Under the pieces are notes generated by a model. That model saw nothing but the letters and a program-made list of their open reading frames with translations. It did not search any database and was not told the DNA's origin. Position numbers and translations under genes: made by a program. DNA of 64,000 bases from an uncultured delta proteobacterium (GTDB lineage: Bacteria > Desulfobacterota > Deferrisomatia > Deferrisomatales > JACRMM01), in NCBI GenBank assembly GCA_963707045.1, contig CAVPOV010000014.1, forward strand, positions 62,643 to 126,642, in the 5' to 3' direction. Positions 38,101 to 48,266 of the stretch are shown piece by piece; position 1 is the stretch's first letter, and each line of letters begins with the position of its first letter.

Positions 38101-39255
38101 TCAAGCCCCGGTGTCGTCGAGGAGGCGGGCGCCCCAGAGGGCGAGCCCGTCGGCGCGCCGGAACGCCTCGGCGTTCGGCCGGACGGCGTCGTCCCCGACC
38201 GGCCCGAAGAAGCCGGTGGCGAGGAGCTCGCGGCGCAGCCGGTCCAGGCGGGCCGCGGGCAGCCCGAACCGGGGACCCCAAACGGCCGGGGAGAAGGGCT
38301 CGTCGCACCGAAAGGCGAGGAAGAGCCGCTCCAGGAGTGCCTGGTCCCGGGACAGCTCCTCGCTCCCGCCGGGGGGCGGCTGGCCGCGGGTCGCGGCCGC
38401 GCCGTACGCGCGGAGCCCCGCGTCGTTCCAACGGCGCGTGCCCCAGGGCCCCCGATCGGGTTCGAAGCCGTGCGCTCCCGGGCCGAGCCCCACGTAGGGG
38501 GAGCCGTCCCAGTACGCTCGATTGTGGCGGCACTCGAAGCCCGGCCGCGCGAAGTTGGAGACCTCGTACAGGCGGAATCCGCGCGCCCCGAGCGCCTCGA
38601 CCAGGGCGGTCCACTGGGCTTCCTCCCGCTCCTCGTCCGCCAGCCGGAAGGCGCCCCGGACGGCGTCGCGGTGAAGGGCCGTGCCCGGGTGGAGCTCGAG
38701 GCTGTACGCCGAGAGGTGGGTGACCCCGTGGTCGGCGAGCCGGCCTGCGGAGCGGGCGAGCTCTGCCGGCGAGAGGTCGGGGAGTCCGTAGAGCAGGTCG
38801 GCGCTGAGGGACGCGAAGCCCTCGGCGGCGGCGGCCTGGAGGAAGTCCAGGGTGCGCCGCGCGTCCTGGCGGCGGCCCAGGCGCTCCAGGAGCGGGTCGT
38901 CGAGGGCCTGGACGCCCACGGAGAGGCGGGTGACCCCGGCGGCCCGCAGGCCCCGAAGATCCGCGGGGTCGTCCGGGGCGAGCTCCACGGTCACCTCGGC
39001 GTCGGCCGCGAGCCCCCACGCGCCCGCCACCGCGCCGCGGATCCGCTCCAGGCCCTCGGGTCCGAGCAGGACCGGATTGCCTCCCCCGAAGTAGAGGGTC
39101 GCGGCGGGTCCGGCGGCGTCGGAGGGCAGACGCGCCTCCGAGGCGATCCACTCCGGGTACGAGGGGAGCAGCGCCAGGGGCTCGCCGCTGTAGAAGGCGC
39201 AGTAGGCGCACCGCCGGCGGCAGAAGGGGACGTGAACGTAGACGGAGAGCGCCAT
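38101..39255 (-). CDS. hemW: radical SAM HemN-like protein (HemW-type haem chaperone / oxygen-independent coproporphyrinogen oxidase family)
   Basis: The start at ATG 39255 gives MALSVYVHVPFCRRRCAYCAF, which contains the CxxxCxxC radical-SAM motif. The length is 384 aa. Confidence 0.8.
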   Translation of the reverse strand: MALSVYVHVPFCRRRCAYCAFYSGEPLALLPSYPEWIASEARLPSDAAGPAATLYFGGGNPVLLGPEGLERIRGAVAGAWGLAADAEVTVELAPDDPADLRGLRAAGVTRLSVGVQALDDPLLERLGRRQDARRTLDFLQAAAAEGFASLSADLLYGLPDLSPAELARSAGRLADHGVTHLSAYSLELHPGTALHRDAVRGAFRLADEEREEAQWTALVEALGARGFRLYEVSNFARPGFECRHNRAYWDGSPYVGLGPGAHGFEPDRGPWGTRRWNDAGLRAYGAAATRGQPPPGGSEELSRDQALLERLFLAFRCDEPFSPAVWGPRFGLPAARLDRLRRELLATGFFGPVGDDAVRPNAEAFRRADGLALWGARLLDDTGA

Positions 39256-39415
39256 GCGCCCGATCCTACCCGGGGGAGGCGGCGGGCCGCCAGGTGTTCG
39301 ACGCGGAGAAAGGGCCGGTGCAGCTTGACAAGTCCGCGCCCGATCCCCTACCCTTCCGGTTTTCCCATGAAGCGACACACCGGCGATACACGCCTTCGTC
39401 CGAGGAGGACGCGAG

Positions 39416-39568
39416 ATGCAGCAGCACACCTATCAGCCCAGTCGGCTCCGGCGCAAGCGGGTCCACGGGTTTCGAGCCCGGATGGCGACGGCGAACGGCC
39501 GCAAGGTGATTTCGCGGCGGCGCCGGAAGGGCCGCAAGCTCCTCTCGGTGGAGATCCCGAAGAAGTAG
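39416..39568 (+). CDS. rpmH: 50S ribosomal protein L34
   Basis: GAGGAGG RBS. The sequence is [50 protein letters not shown]. It is too short for the ORF track and has the conserved position before rnpA. Confidence 0.9.
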   Translation: MQQHTYQPSRLRRKRVHGFRARMATANGRKVISRRRRKGRKLLSVEIPKK

Positions 39569-39570
39569 CC

Positions 39571-39942
39571 GGCGGCGGACGCTCCGCGTTCGCCTTTCCC
39601 GCGGCATGCCGGATCCGCAAGCGCGCCGAGTTCGATCGGGTCTTTCGCACCGGTCGGAGCCGGCACACCGCTCACTTCCGCGTCGTCGTGGCCCGGGCCC
39701 CGGGGGCGGAGAGCCGCCTGGGCCTCGCGGTGTCCCGCAAGGTGGGAAAGGCCCACGACCGGGCGCGCGTGAAGCGGCTGGTGCGCGAGTACTTCCGACA
39801 CCACAGGGGCCGGTTCGCATCCCCCGTGGATCTGGTCGTGAGCGCGAAGCCGGGAGCCGCTGCCCTGACGCTGGAGGCCCTGTGCCGGGAGCTCGATTCC
39901 GCCCTGGCCGATTGGCGGGCGCAGCCGCCGTCGGACTCCTGA
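39571..39942 (+). CDS. rnpA: ribonuclease P protein component (start codon unresolved)
   Basis: ...FAFPAACRIRKRAEFDRVFRTGRSRHTAHFRVVVA...GLAVSRKVGKAHDRARVKRLVREYFR matches the RnpA pattern. There is no in-frame ATG, GTG or TTG between the rpmH stop and the conserved core. Confidence 0.7.
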   Translation, partial: GGGRSAFAFPAACRIRKRAEFDRVFRTGRSRHTAHFRVVVARAPGAESRLGLAVSRKVGKAHDRARVKRLVREYFRHHRGRFASPVDLVVSAKPGAAALTLEALCRELDSALADWRAQPPSDS

Positions 39943-40178
39943 GGGTCTACCGCGCGGCCCTGTCGCCCTGGCTGCCGCGGACCTGCCGCTTCCACCCGAG
40001 CTGCAGCACCTACGCGCTGGCCGCGTTCCGGACGTACGGATTCGGGCGGGCGTCCGCCTTGACGGTGCGACGGCTTCTCCGCTGTCACCCGTTCCACCCG
40101 GGGGGCGTCGACCCGCTCCCCGACCCACCGGGGAGCACCCGCCCCGCAGGGGGCACAGAAGGGATCTCATGGAGCTGA
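39912..40178 (+). CDS. yidD: membrane protein insertion efficiency factor YidD
   Basis: LLRVYRAALSPWLPRTCRFHPSCSTYALAAFRTYGFGRASALTVRRLLRCHPFHPGGVDP is the YidD signature. The TTG start at 39912 is tentative. Confidence 0.75.
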   Translation: MAGAAAVGLLRVYRAALSPWLPRTCRFHPSCSTYALAAFRTYGFGRASALTVRRLLRCHPFHPGGVDPLPDPPGSTRPAGGTEGISWS

Positions 40179-41743
40179 AGCGAACCATCCTGGCCGTAGC
40201 GCTGTCCATGGCGGTGCTCGTGCTATTCCAGTACTTCGCCGCGCCGCCGCCCGAGCAGCGCTCCGCGCCGCCGGCGTCCGCCCCTGCGGCTGCGCCCGTG
40301 CCGCTGGCCGCGCCGTCGCCCACGGCCGCCCTGCAGGCCCCCTCCGGGTCGGCCGCGGCGCTCACCCGGGCCCGGATCGAGAACGACCGCCTGACCGCGG
40401 AGCTTTCGAGCCGCGGCGCGGTGGTGGTCGGCGCGAGCCTCAAGGAGTACCGGGAGGGGACGAGCCCCGCGAGCAGTCCGGTGGCCCTGCTCGGCGGGCC
40501 GTCCGGCCAGGACCTGGCCGGGGCCACGCGGCTCGTGCAGGCGCTGCCGGACTGGGCCCAGGGGTACGAGGAGGTGGAGCGGGGGAAGGACCGGGTCGTG
40601 TATCGGCTGCAGACCCCCGCCGGACTCACCATCGAGAAGGCCTTCTCCCTGGCGCCGGGACGCTACGACGTGGCGCTGGAGGTGCGCGTGCGAAACGCCG
40701 GAGCCGACGCGCTGCGCGACCGTCTCGGAGTGGTAATGGTGCAGGACTTCGGGACCGTGGAGGATCGCTACTCCTTCACCGGCCCGGCCTACTACAAGGA
40801 CGGCGACTTCGAGGAGGTTAAGGTCAAGAACGTGAAGGAAGGCGTCCAGGAGGGCTCCGGGGTGTCGTGGGCGGCCCTCTTGGAGAAGTACTTCCTGGTG
40901 GCGGCCGTGCCCCCCGGGCCGGAGGGGACGAGCCTGCGGCTCGGGACGCACCTGGGGCAGGAGAAGGTGGTGGAGGCGGAGCTCGCCGGCCCGGCGTTCG
41001 ACCTGCCGAGCGGCGGCGAGCACGTGGAGACCTACCGCCTCTACCTGGGGCCGAAGCTCTCGGAGGCCCTGGCGCCCCTCGGTTCGAATCTCGACGACGT
41101 GGTCCACTACGGCTTCTTCCACGTGATCGCGAAGCCCCTGATGGTGTTCCTGAAGGGGATCTACGGCTTCACCGGGAACTACGGGATCGCGATCATCGTG
41201 CTCACCACCCTCGTGAAGGGGGCGTTCTGGCCGCTGAGCGCCCGTAGCTACCGCTCGATGCAGCGGATGAAGGAGCTCCAGCCCAAGCTGCAGAAGATCA
41301 AGGAGCGCTACGGCAAGGACCGGGAGCGGCTCAACATGGAGATGATGCAGCTCTACAAGACCCACAAGGTCAACCCCCTGGGGGGCTGCCTCCCCATGCT
41401 CATCCAGATCCCGGTGTTCTTCGCCCTCTACAAGATCCTTCTGGAGACGATCGAACTGCGCCACGCCCCCTTCTTCTGGTGGATCCAGGACCTCTCCGCG
41501 AAGGATCCGTACTACATCACGCCGCTCCTCATGGGGGCGAGCATGTTCCTGCAGCAGATGATGACCCCGATGGCCGGCGGCAGCGAGGCGCAGGCGAAGA
41601 TGATGAAGTACGGGATGCCCGCCATCTTCACGTTCATGTTCCTGAACTTCCCCTCCGGGTTGGTGGTCTACTGGCTCGTGAACAACATCCTGAGCATCGC
41701 CCAGCAGGGCCTGCAGATGAAGGCGTCCGCCAAGGCCGCGTAG
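40169..41743 (+). CDS. yidC: membrane protein insertase YidC
   Basis: 524-aa clean ORF. The conserved core reads GNYGIAIIVLTTLVKGAFWPLS..MQRMKELQPKLQKIKERYGKD..NPLGGCLPMLIQIPVFFALY. Confidence 0.95.
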   Translation: MELKRTILAVALSMAVLVLFQYFAAPPPEQRSAPPASAPAAAPVPLAAPSPTAALQAPSGSAAALTRARIENDRLTAELSSRGAVVVGASLKEYREGTSPASSPVALLGGPSGQDLAGATRLVQALPDWAQGYEEVERGKDRVVYRLQTPAGLTIEKAFSLAPGRYDVALEVRVRNAGADALRDRLGVVMVQDFGTVEDRYSFTGPAYYKDGDFEEVKVKNVKEGVQEGSGVSWAALLEKYFLVAAVPPGPEGTSLRLGTHLGQEKVVEAELAGPAFDLPSGGEHVETYRLYLGPKLSEALAPLGSNLDDVVHYGFFHVIAKPLMVFLKGIYGFTGNYGIAIIVLTTLVKGAFWPLSARSYRSMQRMKELQPKLQKIKERYGKDRERLNMEMMQLYKTHKVNPLGGCLPMLIQIPVFFALYKILLETIELRHAPFFWWIQDLSAKDPYYITPLLMGASMFLQQMMTPMAGGSEAQAKMMKYGMPAIFTFMFLNFPSGLVVYWLVNNILSIAQQGLQMKASAKAA

Positions 41744-41771
41744 GGGCCGGCGGGCGCCCGGGACGCGTCCC

Positions 41772-43151
41772 GTGCGCAGCCTCGACGACACCATTGCAGC
41801 CGTCGCGACGCCCCCCGGCGAGGGGGGCGTCGCCATCGTGCGCGCGAGCGGGCCGGGAGCGGCGTCGCTCGCCCGGGCGGTGCTGCGTGGCCGGGGCGGG
41901 GAGGCCCCGTGCCTGGACGGCCGCACCCTGCGGTGGGTGCAGGCGGTGGAGCCGGAGACCGGGCGGCCGGTGGACGAGGCCCTGTGCCTGTGGATGCCCG
42001 GCCCGGAGTCCTACACGCGGGAGGACGTCCTGGAGGTGCAGTGCCACGGGGGGCACGCGGCCGCCCGCTCGGTGCTGGAGCTGATGCTGCGCGCGGGGGC
42101 GCGGCTCGCCGAGCCCGGGGAGTTCACGCTGCGGGCCTACCTGCGCGGGCGCCTCGACCTGGTGCAGGCCGAGGCCGTGCTCGACGTCATCCGTGCCCGG
42201 ACCGGCGAGGCGCTGGCCCACCACCAGGAGATCCTCGACGGGCGCCTCTCGGAGGAGGTCGGGCGCTGGCAGGAGGACCTGGGCCGGACGCTCGCCGGGC
42301 TGGAGGCGCACCTCGACTTCCCGGAGGAGGAGGTCGGGGAGGCGGACCTGGGACGGGCGGCGCAGGGCCTGGCGGCGGTGCGCGAAGCGATGGTGGAGAA
42401 GCTCGCTTCCTACGCCTGGGGACGCACCGCGCGGGAGGGCTTCCGGGTGGTGCTCGCCGGGGCGCCGAACACCGGGAAGTCGAGCTTGTTCAACCGGCTG
42501 CTCGAGGACGAGCGGGCGATCGTGAGCCCGGAGCCGGGGACGACCCGGGACGTGCTGGAGGCGTGGCTGAACGCGCTGGGGGCGCCCGTGCGGCTCGTGG
42601 ACACGGCGGGCCTGCGGCCTTCGGAGAGCGCGGTGGAGCGGGAGGGGGTGCGGCGGGCGCGGGACGCGGCCCGGGGAGCCGGGCTCGTCCTGTTCGTGTG
42701 CGACGGCGCCCGGGCGCTCTCGGGGGACGAGCGGGCGGCCGCGGCCGAGCACGCCGCCGGCGGGCGGGCCGTGGCCGTGGTGAACAAGGCGGACCTGGGG
42801 CGGGTGCCGGCCGAGGACCTGGGGAGGGCGTTCGGCCGCGCGCCGATCGCGGCGTCGGCGCGGACGGGGGAAGGGGTCTCGGACGTTCTCGGTGCCGTGC
42901 GGGAGGCCGCGTGGGGGGGGCGTGGCGCCTCGGCGGAGGTCCCCATCACCCGGGAGCGCCACCGGCGGGCGGTGGAGCAGGCGGCCGGCGCCCTGGAGCG
43001 GGCGCTGGAGGTGCTGGAGAAGGGGGGGTACCCGGAGGTGGCGGCGAGCGAGGTTCACGGGGCGCGCCGGCATCTCGGGGAACTGCTGGGCTGGGGCACG
43101 CACGAGGACGTGCTGGAGGCGATCTTCGAGGAGTTCTGCGTCGGCAAGTAG
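41772..43151 (+). CDS. mnmE: tRNA modification GTPase MnmE
   Basis: DTIAAVATPPGEGGVAIVRASG is followed by the G-domain motifs GAPNTGKSSLFN and DTAG. The C-terminus is CVGK. Confidence 0.95.
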   Translation: MRSLDDTIAAVATPPGEGGVAIVRASGPGAASLARAVLRGRGGEAPCLDGRTLRWVQAVEPETGRPVDEALCLWMPGPESYTREDVLEVQCHGGHAAARSVLELMLRAGARLAEPGEFTLRAYLRGRLDLVQAEAVLDVIRARTGEALAHHQEILDGRLSEEVGRWQEDLGRTLAGLEAHLDFPEEEVGEADLGRAAQGLAAVREAMVEKLASYAWGRTAREGFRVVLAGAPNTGKSSLFNRLLEDERAIVSPEPGTTRDVLEAWLNALGAPVRLVDTAGLRPSESAVEREGVRRARDAARGAGLVLFVCDGARALSGDERAAAAEHAAGGRAVAVVNKADLGRVPAEDLGRAFGRAPIAASARTGEGVSDVLGAVREAAWGGRGASAEVPITRERHRRAVEQAAGALERALEVLEKGGYPEVAASEVHGARRHLGELLGWGTHEDVLEAIFEEFCVGK

Positions 43152-43164
43152 GGGCGCCGCGGAG

Positions 43165-43180
43165 TGTTTCACGTGAAACG
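43165..43180. promoter_or_regulatory. parS centromere-like site 1
   Basis: TGTTTCACGTGAAACG is 15/16 to the parS consensus TGTTNCACGTGAAACA. It lies in the mnmE-mnmG spacer. Confidence 0.8.
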
Positions 43181-43196
43181 GCGCCGAGGGGTCGGG

Positions 43197-45068
43197 ATGG
43201 ACTGGGCGGTCTCCTTCGACGTGGCGGTGGTGGGCGCGGGGCACGCGGGCATCGAGGCGGCGCTCGCGGCGGCCCGGGTCGGGGCGCGCACCGTGCTCCT
43301 CACGATGAACCTCGACACGGTGGGGCAGATGTCCTGCAACCCGGCGATCGGGGGGCTGGCCAAGGGGCACCTCGTCCGGGAGGTGGACGCCCTGGGCGGG
43401 GAGATGGGGCGCGCGATCGACGCGACCGGCATCCAGTTCCGGCGCCTCAACACGCGCAAGGGACCGGCGGTGTGGGCGAGCCGCGCGCAGGCCGACCGGG
43501 CGCGCTACGCGCGCCACATGAAGGCCGTCGTCGAAGGCCATCCGAACCTCGTCGTGCAGCAGGCCGAGGTCGTCGGCCTGTGGGTAGAGGGGGGACGCCT
43601 GGCCGGGGTGTGGACGCGCCCGGGGTACCGGGTGCGGGCCCCCGCCGTGGTTCTGGCCCCCGGCACCTTCCTCAACGGGCTCGTCCACATCGGGCTCACG
43701 CACTTTCCGGCTGGTCGGGCGGCGGACCCCCCGTCGGTGGCGTTGGCCGGGAGCCTGCGGGAGCTCGGGCTTCGGCTCGGGCGCCTCAAGACGGGCACGC
43801 CGCCCCGGCTCAACGGGCGCACCGTGGCGTGGGAGGGGCTGCCGGCCCAGTTTGGGGACGACACCGCGGTGCCGTTCTCCTTCGACACCGATCGGATCGA
43901 CCGCCACCAGCGCCCGTGCCACGTGACCTACACGACGCCGGAGACCCACGCGGTCATCCGCGGGGCGTTGGACCGGTCGCCCCTGTACACCGGGGTGATC
44001 CAGGGGGTGGGGCCGCGGTACTGCCCGAGCATCGAGGACAAGGTGGTGCGGTTCGCGGACCGGGAGCGCCACCAGGTCTTCCTCGAGCCGGAGGGGGAGG
44101 ACACCCGCGAGGTGTACCCCAACGGCATCTCGACGAGTCTCCCGCTGGACGTCCAGCTCCGGATGGTCCGCTCGATCCCCGGGCTGGAGCGGGCGGAGAT
44201 CCTGCGGCCCGGGTACGCGGTGGAGTACGACTTCGCCGATCCCCTGGAGCTCTACCCGACCCTGGAGGCGAAGCGGCTCGAGGGCCTGTTCCTCGCGGGC
44301 CAGATCAACGGCACGTCGGGCTACGAGGAGGCGGCCGCCCAGGGGATCCTGGCGGGGGTGAACGCGGCGCTCCGGGCCGGGGGCGGCGTGCCGGTGGTGG
44401 TGGGGCGCCAGGAGGGGTACCTCGGGGTGCTCGTGGACGACCTCGTCACCCGGGGTGTGGCCGAGCCGTACCGGATGTTCACGAGCCGCGCCGAGTACCG
44501 GCTCCTGCTGCGGGAGGACAACGCGGACCTGCGGTTGACGCCCCTGGGCCTCCGTGTCGGGAGCGTGCCCGCGGGGAGGGCGGCCCGCTTCGAGCGCCGG
44601 AAGCAGACCCTCGCGGCGCTGCGGGAGTTCCTGGAGAACACCCGCCTCGCCCCTTCGCCCGCCGCGGACCGGGCCTTCCGCGAGGCGGGTACGGCGCCGC
44701 CCCGGCAGGCGGCGCGCCTCGCGGAGCTGCTGGCCCGGCCGGAGATCGGGCTCGCCGTGCTCCGCCCCCTGGTGGAGGGGTGGCCGGAAGCCGACCCGCG
44801 GGACGAGGAGACGGCGGAGGTGGAGATCAAGTACGCCGGCTACGTGCGCCGCGACCTGGAGACCCTCGAGCGGGTGCGGCGCCTCGAGCACACGGCGCTG
44901 CCCGCGGACCTGGACTACGACCGGGTGGCCGGGCTCACCGAGGAGGTGCGCCAGGTGCTGCACGCGGTGCGCCCGCTCTCCCTCGGGCAGGCGCAGCGGA
45001 TCCGGGGGATGCGGCCGGCCGCGGTGTCCGCCCTGCTGGTGCACCTGCGGAAGGCGGGGGCCCTGTGA
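43197..45068 (+). CDS. mnmG: tRNA uridine 5-carboxymethylaminomethyl modification enzyme MnmG (GidA)
   Basis: [21 protein letters not shown] is the FAD-binding GxGxxG motif. The ORF is clean at 623 aa. The start is taken at ATG 43197. Confidence 0.95.
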   Translation: MDWAVSFDVAVVGAGHAGIEAALAAARVGARTVLLTMNLDTVGQMSCNPAIGGLAKGHLVREVDALGGEMGRAIDATGIQFRRLNTRKGPAVWASRAQADRARYARHMKAVVEGHPNLVVQQAEVVGLWVEGGRLAGVWTRPGYRVRAPAVVLAPGTFLNGLVHIGLTHFPAGRAADPPSVALAGSLRELGLRLGRLKTGTPPRLNGRTVAWEGLPAQFGDDTAVPFSFDTDRIDRHQRPCHVTYTTPETHAVIRGALDRSPLYTGVIQGVGPRYCPSIEDKVVRFADRERHQVFLEPEGEDTREVYPNGISTSLPLDVQLRMVRSIPGLERAEILRPGYAVEYDFADPLELYPTLEAKRLEGLFLAGQINGTSGYEEAAAQGILAGVNAALRAGGGVPVVVGRQEGYLGVLVDDLVTRGVAEPYRMFTSRAEYRLLLREDNADLRLTPLGLRVGSVPAGRAARFERRKQTLAALREFLENTRLAPSPAADRAFREAGTAPPRQAARLAELLARPEIGLAVLRPLVEGWPEADPRDEETAEVEIKYAGYVRRDLETLERVRRLEHTALPADLDYDRVAGLTEEVRQVLHAVRPLSLGQAQRIRGMRPAAVSALLVHLRKAGAL

Positions 45069-45696
45069 ACTCGGGCCCGTTCGAGGCACTGGAGACCCGC
45101 CGGCAGGGGCTCCGGCTCCATCTGCTCGAGCGGTACGCGCAGGAGTTGGAACGCTGGAACCGGGCCGTGCGCCTCGTGGGCCCGAAGGACCTGCCCGGGA
45201 TCCGGGTGCAGATCGCGGACGCCCTGTGGCCGTTCCTCCTGCACCCCCCACGGTTTCCCCTGCTCGACGTTGGCAGCGGCGCCGGCCTGCCGGCGCTGCC
45301 CGTGGCCGTCGCCTTTCCCGGAGCCCCCATCACGTGTCTGGAGCCCCAGGGGAAGCGGGTGAGCTTCCTCCGCCACGCCGTCCGGGCCGTGGGCCTCGAG
45401 GGGGTGCGGGTCGCGCAGGGGCGCGCCGAGGAAGCCGCGGCCCGGGACCCGACCCTGCGGGAGGCCTTCGCGACGGTCACGGCGCGGGCCGTGGGCTCCG
45501 CCGAGGAACTCCTGGCGCTCGCGGGGCCGTACCTGTCGCCGGGGGGCACCGTGTTCCTCCCCGGGGGGACGAGGAACCGGCCCGGCCGACGGGGTGGGAG
45601 CTCGTGCTCGACGAAGCCTACGCGGGCCCCGAGGGCGTGGGGCGGCGGCGCCTGCACCTCTACGCCCGTGCCGGCGCCGCGCCGGCGGGGCGGTGA
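45065..45696 (+). pseudogene. rsmG: 16S rRNA (guanine527-N7)-methyltransferase RsmG (GidB), with one frame change
   Basis: The GTG overlaps the mnmG stop (GTGA). LLDVGSGAGLPALPVAVA is the SAM motif. The frame switches at a G6 run (45563-45568), and one extra G would restore ...FLPGGDEEPARPTGWELVLDEAY... Confidence 0.85.
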
Positions 45697-45697
45697 G

Positions 45698-45713
45698 CGT
45701 TTCACGTGAAACA
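45698..45713. promoter_or_regulatory. parS centromere-like site 2
   Basis: CGTTTCACGTGAAACA is 15/16 to the parS consensus. It lies about 100 bp upstream of parA. Confidence 0.8.
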
Positions 45714-45810
45714 CGACCCGCAGGGTTCGCGGGGGAGGGGCGCGCCCCCCGCGGAGGGCGTTCCGTTCGCCCAGCCCCTGTGGTAACGTCTGCCGTCCCA
45801 GGAGGTCGCG

Positions 45811-46600
45811 ATGAGCCGAATCTTGTCGGTCGCCAACCAGAAGGGCGGGGTCGGCAAGACCACCACCGCCGTCAACCTCGCCGCGTCCCTCGCCGACGCC
45901 GGCGAGCGGGTGCTGCTCTTCGACATCGACCCCCAGGCCAACGCGTCCGCCGGGCTGGGGGTGCGTGCCGCAGAGACGGAGCTCCACCACCTATGACGCC
46001 CTCGCGGGCCTGGCCCCCCTCACGGAGCTGGTTCGTGACCACCCAGCTCGACGCACCTCTCCCTCGTCCCGGCCAGCCGCCACCTGGCCGGCGCCGAGGT
46101 GGAGCTGGTGTCGGCGCGAACGCCGCGAGTACCGGCTGCGGGAGGCGCTGCAGGGGGCCCGCGGCCGATTACGACTACGTGCTTCTCGACTGCCCGCCGA
46201 GCCTCGGGCCTGCTCACCATCAACGCGCTGGTGGCCTCGGACGCGGTGATCATCCCCCTCCAGTGCGAGTACTACGCCCTGGAGGGGCTGTGCCAGCTGC
46301 TCCAGACCGATCCGCACGGTCAAGCGCAGCTTCAACCCGACCCTGGACATCCAGGGCATCGCTCCTCACCATGTTCGACACCCGCAACAACCTCAGCCAC
46401 CAGGTGGCCGAGGAGGTGAAGCGCCACTTCCAGGGACAAGGTGTTCCAGTCGGTCATCCCGCGCAACGTGCGGCTCAGCGAAGCGCCCAGCCACGGCAAG
46501 CCCGCCTTGCTCTACGAATCCGCGCAGCGCCGGCGCCCAGGGCTATCTCAACATGGCCCGGGAATTGCTCGACCTGACCCGGCGCGCGCCAGCCGGCAGA
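45811..46600 (+). pseudogene. parA: chromosome partitioning ATPase ParA (Soj), with many frame changes (3' end approximate)
   Basis: [28 protein letters not shown] carries the deviant Walker A. Later ParA segments ([65 protein letters not shown]) are spread over three frames. Confidence 0.85.
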
Positions 46601-46632
46601 TCCTTCGTGCCGTCTCGCCAAGGGGGACCGCC

Positions 46633-47504
46633 ATGCCCGCCTCGGCCAAACGCCACAGCGACTGCCCTCGGCATGGGCCTCGACGCCCTGCTTCCCGACC
46701 GCCTGCAGGGCGAGTACTTCCTCTGCCCGGTGGAGGACATCCGACCCCAGCCCCCAGCAGCCCCGCCAGCAGTTTCCCGAGGAGGCCATTCAGGAACTGG
46801 CCGACAGCATCCGGGAGAAGGGCCTGATCCAGCCGGTGATCCTGCGGCGCTCGGCAGGAGCGGGGGCCGTACGAGCTCATCGCCGGCGAACGGCGCTGGC
46901 GGGCGGCCCAGCGGGCCGGGCTCACGGAGCTCCCCGCCGTCCTGCGGCAGGCCGACGAGGAGGAGGTCCTCGAGCTGGCGCTCGATCGAGAACCTGCAGC
47001 GCGAGGACCTGAACCCCGTCGACCAAGCCGAGGCGTACCAGGTGCTGCTCGACAGACGGGGCTCACCCAGGAAGAGGTGGCCCAGCGAAGATCGGCAAGT
47101 CGCGGGTCGCGGTGGCGAACACGCTGCGCCTGCTGTCGCTGCCGGCCGCCGTGCTGGAGGCCCTGCGCACCGGTACCGTCACGGCGGGACACGCCCGGGC
47201 CATCCTCACGGTGGAGGGGGAGGCCCGGCGCCTGGCCCTGCTCGACCGGGTGGTCCGCCGGGGGCTGTCGGTGCGGGAGGCGGAGGCCCTGGCGCGCCGA
47301 CCCGCGGCCCCCCGGGCGGAGCGGGCGCGCCCGCGGGACCCGAACCTCCGGGCCTTGGAAGAACGGCTGGCCCGCCGCCTGGGGACCCGCGTGGTGTTGC
47401 GGGGCGGGCGTCGGAAGGGGGCCGGTCACATCGCGATCGAGTACCGGAACCTCGACGACCTGGACCGCCTGCTCGGTCTCCTGGAGGGATCCCCGAAGCG
47501 CTAG
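46633..47504 (+). pseudogene. parB: chromosome partitioning protein ParB (Spo0J), with frame changes in the N-terminal two-thirds
   Basis: AAGGGGGA RBS precedes ATG 46633. ParB segments [37 protein letters not shown] and IENLQREDLNP lie in shifting frames. The sequence is clean from about 47100 (RVAVANTLRLLSLPAAVLEAL...) to the stop at 47504. Confidence 0.85.
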
Positions 47505-47594
47505 CGTTCCCGTTCGTGTCTCGCAAGACATTGGAATTACATGAGAAATCGTCCTCGCGTCGGAGGAGGGCCCGGTTGACACCCGGTACGGCCC

Positions 47595-47867
47595 GTGCTA
47601 GCTAACCGACCCTTCTGGAAGAAGGTGGCCGACCCCCGGGAGCTCAAGGATCTCTCGGAGCACCTGGGCTTGGTCTCCCAGCTGGGACTCACGATGGTGG
47701 CGGCCATCGGCATCGCCCTCGCCATCGGGCACGGGCTGGACCGGTGGCTGGGCACGGGGGGGCTGTGGAAGGCCCTGTTCATCCCCGTGGGCGTGCTGTC
47801 CGGCGGATGGGCCGTGTACAAGGTGGTCGCGGCCGTGGGGCGCCGCGCGGAGGATCGCCGGCGATGA
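47595..47867 (+). CDS. AtpZ/AtpI-type small membrane protein preceding the ATP synthase genes
   Basis: There are two TM helices (LGLTMVAAIGIALAIGHGLDRWLGTGG and ALFIPVGVLSGGWAVY). It is the first gene of the atp cluster. The start is uncertain. Confidence 0.55.
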   Translation: MLANRPFWKKVADPRELKDLSEHLGLVSQLGLTMVAAIGIALAIGHGLDRWLGTGGLWKALFIPVGVLSGGWAVYKVVAAVGRRAEDRRR

Positions 47868-48244
47868 CCGAAGCGGCCTTCCGAAGGCACGCGGGGTTCG
47901 CGGCGCTGTGGGCCCTCGCGGCGGGGGCCGTCGGAGGAGCCGCCCTGGGGGTGTTCGGGCAGCCCGCGGCCGGGCTCGGCGTGGTCCTGGGGGCGGGGGC
48001 CGGGGCCGCGGCCCTGCGCCTGCACGCGGGGGACCTCCTGGCCCAGGCGCGCCTGGCCGCGGCGCCGGCGGCCCGGCGCGACCGCCTGGGGCGCATCGGG
48101 CGCCTGGCGGTCCGGGGGGCGGCGCTGGCCGCAGCCGTGCTCCGCCCGGAGGTCTCCGTGGCGTGGACCGCGGCCGGGCTCTTCCTCGCACCTGCGGTCC
48201 TCGTGGCCTTCGAGTTCGGCGGCCGGCGCGCCGAGCCGGGCTGA
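47864..48244 (+). CDS. atpI: ATP synthase subunit I-like membrane protein
   Basis: The ATG overlaps the preceding stop (ATGA). This hydrophobic 126-aa protein lies directly upstream of atpB. Confidence 0.5.
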   Translation: MTEAAFRRHAGFAALWALAAGAVGGAALGVFGQPAAGLGVVLGAGAGAAALRLHAGDLLAQARLAAAPAARRDRLGRIGRLAVRGAALAAAVLRPEVSVAWTAAGLFLAPAVLVAFEFGGRRAEPG

Positions 48245-48266
48245 TCGGGACCGGTCGGGAGGCCTC

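Noticed and set aside
37972-39942. 656-aa plus-strand ORF ending at the rnpA stop
   Set aside because: Only the last 124 codons or so resemble RnpA. The rest runs antisense through hemW and in an alternative frame through rpmH. The long open frame is incidental.
41634-45251. 1205-aa minus-strand ORF opposite mnmE and mnmG
   Set aside because: It is antisense to two unmistakable conserved genes. The composition is Arg/Pro/Gly-rich junk, a high-GC artefact.
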